From an uncultured archaeon (lineage in GTDB: Archaea; Asgardarchaeota; Lokiarchaeia; Sigyniarchaeales; SOKP01): DNA of 24,610 nt. The position numbers and the translations under genes are program-made. The notes under the pieces are model-generated. The model ran no database searches and was not told the origin of the DNA. It saw only the letters and a program-made list of their open reading frames with translations. Every line of letters begins with the position of its first letter. The first letter of the stretch is position 1. The stretch spans positions 1 through 24,610 of the forward strand of contig CAYUTF010000047.1 of assembly GCA_964447495.1 (NCBI GenBank), in the 5' to 3' direction. This document shows, one piece after another, positions 9,590-18,075 of the stretch.

Positions 9590-10429
9590 TTATTTAGGGT
9601 CATAGATATAAAATCCCTTATTTGTCTTAACACCATATTCTCCTCGCTCTACTTTATCTTTAAATGCTTGAGGAGGTTTATCATTTGGATCTCCACTTTC
9701 ATTGTAATACATCATCTCAATATCATAAACAACATCTAATCCAACAATGTCCATAAGTTTAAAAGGTGGTATCGGGGATTTTGTAAAAATATCCCACGCT
9801 TTATCAACAGTTTCAATATCTGCATATCCACCGGCCCAAATCTTTAAACATTCTTTTTTAATCGCTCGCCATACTCTATTAAATACGAAACCAAGACATT
9901 CTCTTTTTAAAACTAAAGGAGTTACTTCTATACTCTCAATCCACTTTTTACCTAATTCAAAGGTTTCATCACTTGTAGTAGTTCCACGGGCAATGTCGAC
10001 CATTGGGTAAATGGGTAATTTGTAAAAATGAATATTTAATACTTTATCTCTACGTTTTACAGAATCCTCTAATTTTGATACAGGAATCGAAGAACTATTA
10101 GTTGCAATTATCGCATGTAAAGGCGCTTCTTTATCAATCTGTGAAAAAACTGTTTTCTTTAATTCTAATTTTTCAGGTACAGCTTCTATAATAAGATCTG
10201 CGTTTTTTACAGCTTCATTAAAAGAAGTTTTAATGAATATATCTCCTTTTGATCCTCTTTCTTTAATCCTTAGACGTGCATCATCAACAAACTCCTTAAT
10301 GCCTTTTTGATCTATATCATAAATCGTAACCTGATAGTCATATAAAGCAGCTCTCTCCGCTATTTGCTTTCCTAGATTTCCAAATCCAATAATACTTATA
10401 TTTTTAATTTTATTTTCCATTATTTTCAT
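9590..10429 (-). CDS. 3-hydroxyacyl-CoA dehydrogenase family protein (paralog 2); start may be the internal ATG at 10420
   Basis: GFGNLG, IEAVPEKLELKK, ATNSSS, HFY, GFVFNRV, PFKLMDIVGLD and GVKTNKGFY. Aligns end to end with paralog 1. Confidence 0.88.
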   Translation of the reverse strand: MKIMENKIKNISIIGFGNLGKQIAERAALYDYQVTIYDIDQKGIKEFVDDARLRIKERGSKGDIFIKTSFNEAVKNADLIIEAVPEKLELKKTVFSQIDKEAPLHAIIATNSSSIPVSKLEDSVKRRDKVLNIHFYKLPIYPMVDIARGTTTSDETFELGKKWIESIEVTPLVLKRECLGFVFNRVWRAIKKECLKIWAGGYADIETVDKAWDIFTKSPIPPFKLMDIVGLDVVYDIEMMYYNESGDPNDKPPQAFKDKVERGEYGVKTNKGFYIYDPK

Positions 10430-10476
10430 TCGATATTTCTAAAATAATTATTTATTATCTGATTTTATAAGATTTT

Positions 10477-11301
10477 TTACTTATTTAGTTTAAATGTTGA
10501 CGCTAGCCAATTAATTAATTCATTGAATGAATTCTCCTTAAATACTGCATGCTGTGCCCCAGGTAACACGATGAATTTCTTATTATTGCTTGGGATTTCA
10601 TCAAAAAATAAACGAACTGACTCAACTGAAAAGAGCTCATCATTTTCTCCTACTCCTAAGAGAACAGGTATATCCAACTTATCTGGAAATTTCAACTTTT
10701 TAAGATTAAAGATATTCATGAAACGTAAGGTATATGCAAAGTTAAATAATGGATCATCTAAGCCTACCATACCATCCCGATGATAAGAAATTGCAGGTTT
10801 ACTAGGTTTAATTAGAGAGTTAAACAAAATTTTTAATTTCTTTCCAAAAGAAATTTTGGCATAAACTCCTGGTCGTATAGTTCTGGATCCACTTAATAAA
10901 ATCAAACCATTTATGTTTTCTAAGAAATAGTTCGAAGCAATTATTGCAGTCATTACACCCAAACTATGACCTAAAATTATTAAAGTAGAATGTTTCTCTT
11001 TTAAAAATTCAATAGTTTCATCGATATCTTTAATAAGGCGCTCTTTGCTAGGATAATCCCCTCTATTTCCATCTGATAATCCATGACCTCGTAAATCTAA
11101 TCCATAAATAGCATATCCCATTCGTGATAATACATCTCCTATCATTTTATACGGGCCGCTATGAGCTGTTATGCCATGGAAGATAAGTATAGCAACTTTT
11201 GAGGGCGATGGAGGATTCCATGCTCTTAAAAATAGTACATTTCCATCAGAAGTAGATACAAGGTAATGTGGTTCTGAAAATTCATTTCTTAATTTGATCA
11301 T
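10477..11301 (-). CDS. Alpha/beta hydrolase, lysophospholipase/monoacylglycerol lipase-like (Hydrolase_4)
   Basis: HGITAHSGPY, DLRGHGLSDGNRG, nucleophile elbow GHSLG, GENDEL (Asp) and GAQH (His). ATG at 11301 is preferred over 11379, because the extra 26 codons are AT-rich, intergenic-like sequence. Confidence 0.85.
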   Translation of the reverse strand: MIKLRNEFSEPHYLVSTSDGNVLFLRAWNPPSPSKVAILIFHGITAHSGPYKMIGDVLSRMGYAIYGLDLRGHGLSDGNRGDYPSKERLIKDIDETIEFLKEKHSTLIILGHSLGVMTAIIASNYFLENINGLILLSGSRTIRPGVYAKISFGKKLKILFNSLIKPSKPAISYHRDGMVGLDDPLFNFAYTLRFMNIFNLKKLKFPDKLDIPVLLGVGENDELFSVESVRLFFDEIPSNNKKFIVLPGAQHAVFKENSFNELINWLASTFKLNK

Positions 11302-11460
11302 ATCAATTTTAATAATATTCAACTCATATATTCTATTAGATTCTATTAACATTTTTTTATAATTATAAAAATATATCATATTGATGATGTATTTAAATTT
11401 ACTTTTCTTCTTGATAAAAATCTTTAAATTTTAAATATAAAAGATTGATAATCTATAATT

Positions 11461-13530
11461 ATGGAAATCTATAAAAAATATATTACGAAAACATATTCAG
11501 AATTAGCTGTAATTACATTATTGTTTCTATTCTTCTTTCAACTACTAAGTGATTTCATAGTATCGATTTATGCATTAAATCTTATCGAAGTAGAATTGAA
11601 TGAGAATGTATTAGCTCTATTGTTTCTTTTAACTCCGATTATATTATTATTTTTCAAAAAAGGTTTTCCAAATAAAGGCTTTATCATCATTGGAGAATTA
11701 ATGGTAATATGTAGGGTGCTACAACCTTTTCTAATGGTTTATCTGAAAATGCTTGTTACAGGTATAGGATTAGGATGCTTTATGATCTTTTTCCCTGTAT
11801 TTCTCCAAAAAAGAACAAAAGGAAATTATGAGAAAAATGGAATTAAATTAGGAGTTGGATTGGTAATTGCAGTAATTGCATCAATAACACTGAGAACTTT
11901 TGGAAGTTCAATCGATTTATCGACTTATAGCTGGTTTATGTGGATTGGATGGATTTTAGCAGCATATTTAGCATTAAATATTCCCCAAATTACTAATAAT
12001 ATTAGAAATGAGAAAATTATCCAAACTACGGAAAAAATGAAAGTTATTCCAGGAAGTAAGTGGAAAATTCTATACTTAACTTTAGGCATGATAGGGATAA
12101 TAACTCTAATATATTTAACATTTAGCAGCCCAACAGTTTTAGCAAGATGGACGGGAGTCGATTTTATATTAATTCTCATTATTTTGCTCATATCAAACAT
12201 ATTATTTTTATTTGTGCATTTCTATTATCCCCAATTTCTACATCGAATAAATAAGTGGATAATAATTTTATGGAATATAGTCTTTATTGCTAGTTTAGTT
12301 ATAACCATTCTATCTAATTCAATTTTCTTTGCTTTTGTCAATAGCTATCCTTTATTTTTTGACTCGAATATAATAGGCGTTATATTTCTAATTGTAATGC
12401 TTATATTAAGCCCCATCATCTTCATTGACTTTATCAACTTATCTCAAGAATTATTTAGAAGTAAACCAAGTACAAGGAAATTGGGTGGAAGCTATTTCAT
12501 ATCTGCTGGTTTCTTCCTTATTATGTTATTATCAGCCGTATTTACCATAGTATGGGATTATATCCCTCTCATTGGAGATTTATTCCGAGATATGATCTGG
12601 TTAGTATATTTAATATTAGGGTTATCATTCTTCCTCCCAATTTTACTGACTTCAACAAATATTCGTACTTTTAGTGAAATAAAAATAAAAAGCCCTGTGT
12701 TCAATAATAAAACTCTATCCATTAGTCTTATTTTCATTTTAGCTATTACTTCAATTCTACAAGCGTTTATTCTTGAGGCCCCTATTCAACATGATCTATC
12801 AAATGCATCTCTTACCATCGTATCTTACAATATCCAACAAGGAACAGATTACTATGCAAATCAGAATTTTGACGCGCAATATGAAGTCATTAAAAATTTA
12901 GATGGAGATATCGTTGCATTACAAGAATCAGACACATGCCGAATTTCGAGTGGGAATACAGATATTGTAAGATTCATTAATAATCGTCTGAAACTCTATT
13001 CTTATTATGGTCCTAGAACGGTCACAGGAACATATGGTATTGCCCTTCTTTCAAAATATCCAATATCCAATCCAAGAACATTCTACATGGAAAGTAAAGG
13101 CGAACAAACGGCAACTATTTGGGCTCAAATAAGGGTGGGATTAACAGTTTTTAATATATTTATAACACATTTAGGCAATTATGAAGACCCTGCCGAAGAC
13201 AGATCTCAGATAGTTCAGCAAGAAAATATATTATCCGTTATATCTGGTCTACAGAATGTTATATTGATGGGAGATTTTAATTTTGAACCTAACACCGAGC
13301 AATACAATATAACTGTCGCTCAACTATATGATTGTTGGGAGATTACTCCCGCTCTAGGAAGAACGATTGGTGATGTACCAGAAGGCTGGGTTTCAAGGTT
13401 ACCTGACGGAAGAATTGACCACATCTTTGTTTCGGAAGAATTAAATACAACAGTTTCAGAAATTCTCTATACTGGAGGAGGTGCTGCAGATCATCCTTGC
13501 GTTTATGCCTCTCTTACAGGACCATTCTAA
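11461..13530 (+). CDS. Polytopic membrane protein (about 13 TMs) with C-terminal endonuclease/exonuclease/phosphatase (EEP) domain; Cwh43/PGAP2IP-like
   Basis: About 445 aa hydrophobic N-terminal region, then EEP motifs SYNIQ, DIVALQES, GIALLSKYPI, THL, LMGDFN, RIDHIF and ADH (EEP domain at about 12811-13527). Confidence 0.8.
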   Translation: MEIYKKYITKTYSELAVITLLFLFFFQLLSDFIVSIYALNLIEVELNENVLALLFLLTPIILLFFKKGFPNKGFIIIGELMVICRVLQPFLMVYLKMLVTGIGLGCFMIFFPVFLQKRTKGNYEKNGIKLGVGLVIAVIASITLRTFGSSIDLSTYSWFMWIGWILAAYLALNIPQITNNIRNEKIIQTTEKMKVIPGSKWKILYLTLGMIGIITLIYLTFSSPTVLARWTGVDFILILIILLISNILFLFVHFYYPQFLHRINKWIIILWNIVFIASLVITILSNSIFFAFVNSYPLFFDSNIIGVIFLIVMLILSPIIFIDFINLSQELFRSKPSTRKLGGSYFISAGFFLIMLLSAVFTIVWDYIPLIGDLFRDMIWLVYLILGLSFFLPILLTSTNIRTFSEIKIKSPVFNNKTLSISLIFILAITSILQAFILEAPIQHDLSNASLTIVSYNIQQGTDYYANQNFDAQYEVIKNLDGDIVALQESDTCRISSGNTDIVRFINNRLKLYSYYGPRTVTGTYGIALLSKYPISNPRTFYMESKGEQTATIWAQIRVGLTVFNIFITHLGNYEDPAEDRSQIVQQENILSVISGLQNVILMGDFNFEPNTEQYNITVAQLYDCWEITPALGRTIGDVPEGWVSRLPDGRIDHIFVSEELNTTVSEILYTGGGAADHPCVYASLTGPF

Positions 13531-13578
13531 GAATTGAAAATATAAAAAATATTAATACTTTTTTTTCTTTTTATAAGT

Positions 13579-14265
13579 ATGACCTTAAAATTTACCCCTA
13601 TTGAAAAAGAATTTATTTACGTGCATATCTTATTTGTCATTATCTGCGTAGTAGTACTTTTAGCTCCAATTCCATTCCTAATCGGCGTTAAGTTATTTAT
13701 TCTTGTTTTAACATACAATATTTTTGTGGTATTAATTGGATTTGTTAGAAAATATTCAATCTGGCTCAAATTATGGTTCTTCGTATTCCTTGTTAGCTTA
13801 TTTCAGATTTTTCCCGATTGGTTTCTTTCAGCTCAATTGAATATCTTGGTATTTCCAGAAGATGGATTTTTTAAGATAGGTACTGTATCGGGATATATGT
13901 TAGGATTATGGGCAATTCCACTATTTATTATTAGTTTCATTGCCCTAAGAATCAAAGAACGCTATACTCTTAATAAAGCATATATTATTACTATTCTCTT
14001 ATCTTTAGTTATATTTGGAATAGCAGAACAGTCAATGTGGGTCTTCTCTTGGTATCCTCAAAACGTAACTTTAATATTTGAGCATTTAGCGATATATATT
14101 ATAATACCTGAATTAATTTTAGGATTTAGTACCTTATATTTCTTCAACCAATTTGTTGAAAGTAAATATTACATCAAGATAGTCCTAGCATTTCTTATTA
14201 TGTTGTTATATCTTGGAGCAGCAAGCTTCTTTTATTTTTTAATTGAGAAAATTATTTTTGTTTGA
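13579..14265 (+). CDS. Hypothetical integral membrane protein (about 6-7 TMs)
   Basis: 228 aa hydrophobic ORF with conserved-looking polar loops FQIFPDWFLS..LVFP and AEQ...W.P.NV. Co-oriented 48 bp downstream of the EEP gene. Confidence 0.7.
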   Translation: MTLKFTPIEKEFIYVHILFVIICVVVLLAPIPFLIGVKLFILVLTYNIFVVLIGFVRKYSIWLKLWFFVFLVSLFQIFPDWFLSAQLNILVFPEDGFFKIGTVSGYMLGLWAIPLFIISFIALRIKERYTLNKAYIITILLSLVIFGIAEQSMWVFSWYPQNVTLIFEHLAIYIIIPELILGFSTLYFFNQFVESKYYIKIVLAFLIMLLYLGAASFFYFLIEKIIFV

Positions 14266-14416
14266 ATGATCCTTTAGAATTTATAAAAAACCATTGGACA
14301 AAAATTATGATTTTCATCATTTTACAATTTAAAATTAATAATTTAAAGATGCAAGAGTTTTATAATTTCCATCTTAAAGTTAATTAAGAAATTCTATATA
14401 AAAAAAGGTGTAAATT

Positions 14417-15193
14417 TTGGAGAAATCGAAAAAATTGATTTTACAAGTGTTAAATTTACTAACGTATATCGCAGTTGTTATTGTTAATGCTTTAGCGAAT
14501 ATAATCCCAATTGGAGGGAAAAATACAGGAGAGCTATCAGATGCGATTCCAAATTTGTTTGTACCTGCGGGATTAACATTTTCAATATGGGGCGTAATTT
14601 ATCTATTATTTGCTCTATTCTCAATCTATCAAATTAGAGATATCTATAAATCAGAAAAAGTGGATATGCCCTATTTGGATAAAATTGGTTATTATTTCAT
14701 TATTGCAAATGCTGCAAACTTTATTTGGATCTTCTTTTGGCAATATGTTTTAGTTCCTTTATCCTTAGTAATGATGCTAATTCTTTTAGTCTCGCTACTA
14801 TGGATTTACAGACGTCTTGATATCGGAGGTGCAGAAGTGCCAAGATGGGAGAAACTCGCTGTTCATGTTCCTTTCAGTGTATATTTAGGATGGATTTCAG
14901 TAGCAACAGTAGCAAACATAACTGCGGTATTAGTGGAGGCGGGAGTTTCTAGTTTCGGATTAGGTGCTGAAATTTGGACTATTTTAATTATTGTAGTGGT
15001 TGTAATTATTACCTTTGCCATGATCCTATTAAAGAAGGATACAGCTTATAGTTTAGTAATTGTTTGGGCACTCTATGGAATTTGGTACAAGCAAAGTACA
15101 TTGAACTTAACAATTGCGATTACTGCATTAACTGCTTTAATAGTAATCTTAATCGGAATAATTTATAACATAATTAGATGGATTAAAAAATAA
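14417..15193 (+). CDS. Tryptophan-rich sensory protein/TspO-MBR-related membrane protein
   Basis: TTG start with AGGTG RBS. NALANIIPIGG..TGELSD..PNLFVPAGLTFSIWGVIY, NFIWIFFW and PFSVYLGWISVATVAN are typical of the extended TspO-like family. Confidence 0.75.
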   Translation: MEKSKKLILQVLNLLTYIAVVIVNALANIIPIGGKNTGELSDAIPNLFVPAGLTFSIWGVIYLLFALFSIYQIRDIYKSEKVDMPYLDKIGYYFIIANAANFIWIFFWQYVLVPLSLVMMLILLVSLLWIYRRLDIGGAEVPRWEKLAVHVPFSVYLGWISVATVANITAVLVEAGVSSFGLGAEIWTILIIVVVVIITFAMILLKKDTAYSLVIVWALYGIWYKQSTLNLTIAITALTALIVILIGIIYNIIRWIKK

Positions 15194-15267
15194 TTTTTTT
15201 TTCTTTTTTTTTCTTTTTGTTTTTAAAATTAACATTAAAAAAAAAAACAAATTTTTAAAATAAAATA
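15194..15267. terminator. Strong bidirectional oligo-T terminator between convergent genes
   Basis: About 30 nt of nearly pure T at 15194-15224, and an A-tract at about 15237-15250 serving the minus-strand hydrolase. Confidence 0.6.
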
Positions 15268-16080
15268 CTATAATCTGCGTAAGAAATCTTCTATAGCATT
15301 AGTATATTCTTCCTTTGCTTCATATTGGATCATATGCCCTACTTTAGTGCCAAGAATTACTAATTTCGAATTTTTTATTTTTTGAGCCATCAATTTAGAT
15401 TCTTCTGGAAGTATGAAAATATCTTTATCACCACTAAGAATCAATGTAGGTATATTGATTTTATTTAATTTATCTTCAACATTATAATTATTTACAATAG
15501 ATTCCATTGTTCTAAGTGCTACAAACTCTTCATTTTTTAAAGTACGATCGACAAATTCTTTGATGAGATCAGTCATCTCCTTCCTAGCTTTTCTTTGGAA
15601 ACAAAGTCCAACAAATATAGTTTCTATCGTCTCTCGATCCTTAATAGACATGGTTCCTTCTTTTAATTCCTTAATATATTGTACAAGCCCAGGATTCTTT
15701 AATTTTGGGGCAGTTCCCATTAAAATTAACCCTTCCAGCCTCTTTGATAATTTAGGATTTGTTGCATAGGTTAAAGCAATCATACCACCCATTGAATGCC
15801 CTACAAGTATAATTTTCTCCTCTCCAATAATTTGAGAAAGAGTTTCCTCTAAATAGTTAGCTAAATCTTTTAAATCATAATTCTCCGATTCAGGTTTGTC
15901 ACTTTCACCGTGTCCTAGGTGATCTATTGCAATAGCCCTATATTTTTTTGAGAAATAATCTACTTGTGCTTCAAATAACCATGATGAGGCAAGAAATCCA
16001 TGTATAAAAACTATATTTTTCCCTTTTCCTTTATCTAGATAATATATTTTATAATCTTTACTTATTTTTACATATGGCAT
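15268..16080 (-). CDS. Alpha/beta hydrolase (Abhydrolase_1; esterase/enol-lactonase-like)
   Basis: FIHGF oxyanion hole, DHLGHGES, GHSMGG nucleophile, PTLILSGDKD (Asp) and GHMIQYE (His). Confidence 0.87.
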   Translation of the reverse strand: MPYVKISKDYKIYYLDKGKGKNIVFIHGFLASSWLFEAQVDYFSKKYRAIAIDHLGHGESDKPESENYDLKDLANYLEETLSQIIGEEKIILVGHSMGGMIALTYATNPKLSKRLEGLILMGTAPKLKNPGLVQYIKELKEGTMSIKDRETIETIFVGLCFQRKARKEMTDLIKEFVDRTLKNEEFVALRTMESIVNNYNVEDKLNKINIPTLILSGDKDIFILPEESKLMAQKIKNSKLVILGTKVGHMIQYEAKEEYTNAIEDFLRRL

Positions 16081-16247
16081 AATATATCTCTTTTAAATTG
16101 TAATAATCAGTATTTAAATAAACTTATATTTAAAAATAATTTTTAAGCTATTTTTCAACATTTTTTAAGGTTTAATATATTTAAAGCAATACACATTATA
16201 TATACGCATCTATGATCAATATAATGCTCAATATCTAAAGAAAGGAG

Positions 16248-17228
16248 CTGAATATTATTTTTTCAGATATTAAATTCGCTAACAAAAATATTAAAAGAGT
16301 GGTAAATAATACACCGGTAATGACATCCAGAACACTTGATGCCTTAACCCAAGCTAAACGAATATATGTTAAGTGTGAGAATTTCCAAAGAACAGGTTCT
16401 TTTAAATTTAGGGGTGCATGGAATGCTATTAGTCATCTTCCAAAAGAAAAGCGAGAAAAAGGTGTTATTGCACATTCCTCGGGAAATCATGCTCAAGCAG
16501 TTGCATTAGTAGCGAAAATATTAGGTATTAAAGCTACAATTGTAATGCCAGAGAATACTTCTGATTTTAAGAAAAAAGCAACTGAAAATTACGGGGCAGA
16601 TATCGTAATTTGTGGGAATGAACCTCATGACCGTGCGAAATTGGCGAACAAATTAGCCAAGGAAAAAGGATTAAGCCTAATTCATCCCCATAACGATTTG
16701 AATGTTATTTATGGAGCTGGTACTGTAGCTTATGAGTTTATTAAGTATGCAGGAAAATTAGATTTAATCTTAGCACCAATAGGTGGCGGGGGTTTGATAA
16801 GTGGAACTGCCATTGCTGCTAAAGAGTTACTTCCTAAAATCAAGGTAATAGGTGTTGAACCGAAAAATGCAGATGATGCATATAGATCATTTAAATCAGG
16901 AAAAAAATTATTAGTGGAAAGCCCAAATACTATTGCAGATGGTCTAAGAACATCTTTAGGTGAGATAACTTTTCCAATTATAAAAAAATACGTTGATGAT
17001 ATTGTTACTGTCGAAGAAAATCAAATAATCAAGGCTATGCTATTTTATTTAGAAAAAATGAAATTAGTTGCAGAACCGTCTGGAGCTGTATCTCTTGCAC
17101 CATTACTTTTTAATTTATTAGATGAAAAATTAGTGAAAAACAAAAGCATTGGTGTTATCCTAAGTGGGGGAAATATTGATTTAATACAATTCTTCTCAAA
17201 TTTAAGAGAAGATAAATATAATTTTTAA
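16248..17228 (+). CDS. PLP-dependent serine/threonine dehydratase / serine racemase-like ammonia-lyase (no ACT domain); start uncertain (16248/16254/16257 non-canonical vs GTG 16299)
   Basis: KCENFQRTGSFKFRGA (PLP Lys), SSGNHAQA, GGGGLISG, IADGL, EPSGA and SGGN. The in-frame upstream codons encode the conserved first helix (DIKFANKNIK..VNNTP). Confidence 0.88.
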   Translation: MNIIFSDIKFANKNIKRVVNNTPVMTSRTLDALTQAKRIYVKCENFQRTGSFKFRGAWNAISHLPKEKREKGVIAHSSGNHAQAVALVAKILGIKATIVMPENTSDFKKKATENYGADIVICGNEPHDRAKLANKLAKEKGLSLIHPHNDLNVIYGAGTVAYEFIKYAGKLDLILAPIGGGGLISGTAIAAKELLPKIKVIGVEPKNADDAYRSFKSGKKLLVESPNTIADGLRTSLGEITFPIIKKYVDDIVTVEENQIIKAMLFYLEKMKLVAEPSGAVSLAPLLFNLLDEKLVKNKSIGVILSGGNIDLIQFFSNLREDKYNF

Positions 17229-17268
17229 AAATATTAATTAGATTTTAAGTAAATTTTTAACTTTCATT

Positions 17269-18051
17269 ATGCCAGAGCTTCCTGAAGTTGAGATATTTAA
17301 AAGATACTTTGATTCTACATCTTTAGGTAAACAAATAGCCGCAATTGACGTTAAGGATGACCGAATTTTAAAAATTGAAAAGAATAAATTTATAAGAGCT
17401 CTTACTGGTGAATATTTTCGCACAACAAATCGCCATGGTAAATATTTATTCGCCGAATGCGATTCAAAAGTTTTAATAATACATTTTGGCATGACAGGTG
17501 ATTTAGAGTACTTCGTTAATGATAGTAAAGAACCAGATTATAGTAAAGTATTGTTTAAGTTCACAAATAATTATATTCTATCCTATATATCCACTAGAAT
17601 GTTTGGAAAATTAGATATTACAAAAAGTATTCAAGATTATATTCATCAAAAAAAGTTAGGTCCTGACGCATTAACGATGAACTATGAAGAATTCATAAAG
17701 AGTCTGAATAGAAGAACAACAAACGCAAAAACAGCTCTAATGAATCAGAGTATTGTGTGTGGAATTGGGAATATTTACTCGGATGAGATATTATTTAAGT
17801 CCAAAATTAATCCGATGACCAAAATTAACCTATTAGAAGAATCACAATTAAAAGCACTATTTTTAAAAATTAAAGAAGTTCTTGAGTATGGCATTAAAAA
17901 AGAGGGAGATTTATCTACTTATTCAGATAAGTTTATTATTTCCCATAGAAATGAAGCAGATAAATGCCCAGTGTGTAGTACTTCAATTAAGAGATATGAG
18001 ATTTTAGGTAGACATGGTTTCTATTGCCCTAAGTGCCAAAAACAAGAATAA
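17269..18051 (+). CDS. mutM: Formamidopyrimidine-DNA glycosylase/AP lyase (Fpg/Nei family)
   Basis: N-terminal MPELPEVE (catalytic Pro2/Glu3), RHGKYL, HFGMTG, H2TH GIGNIYSDE, and C-terminal Zn finger CPVC...GR...YCPKCQ. Confidence 0.9.
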   Translation: MPELPEVEIFKRYFDSTSLGKQIAAIDVKDDRILKIEKNKFIRALTGEYFRTTNRHGKYLFAECDSKVLIIHFGMTGDLEYFVNDSKEPDYSKVLFKFTNNYILSYISTRMFGKLDITKSIQDYIHQKKLGPDALTMNYEEFIKSLNRRTTNAKTALMNQSIVCGIGNIYSDEILFKSKINPMTKINLLEESQLKALFLKIKEVLEYGIKKEGDLSTYSDKFIISHRNEADKCPVCSTSIKRYEILGRHGFYCPKCQKQE

Positions 18052-18075
18052 TTATTATTTTTTATCTTGATTAGT

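Noticed and set aside
11302-11379. N-terminal 26 codons of the 300 aa hydrolase ORF
   Set aside because: Low-complexity AT-rich sequence occupying the divergent promoter region. The ATG at 11301 gives a typical domain start.
6312-12200. Short ORFs 6312-6506, 6516-6815, 7743-7952, 9747-10010, 10523-10783 and 11925-12200
   Set aside because: All lie antisense to well-supported genes, with no independent evidence.
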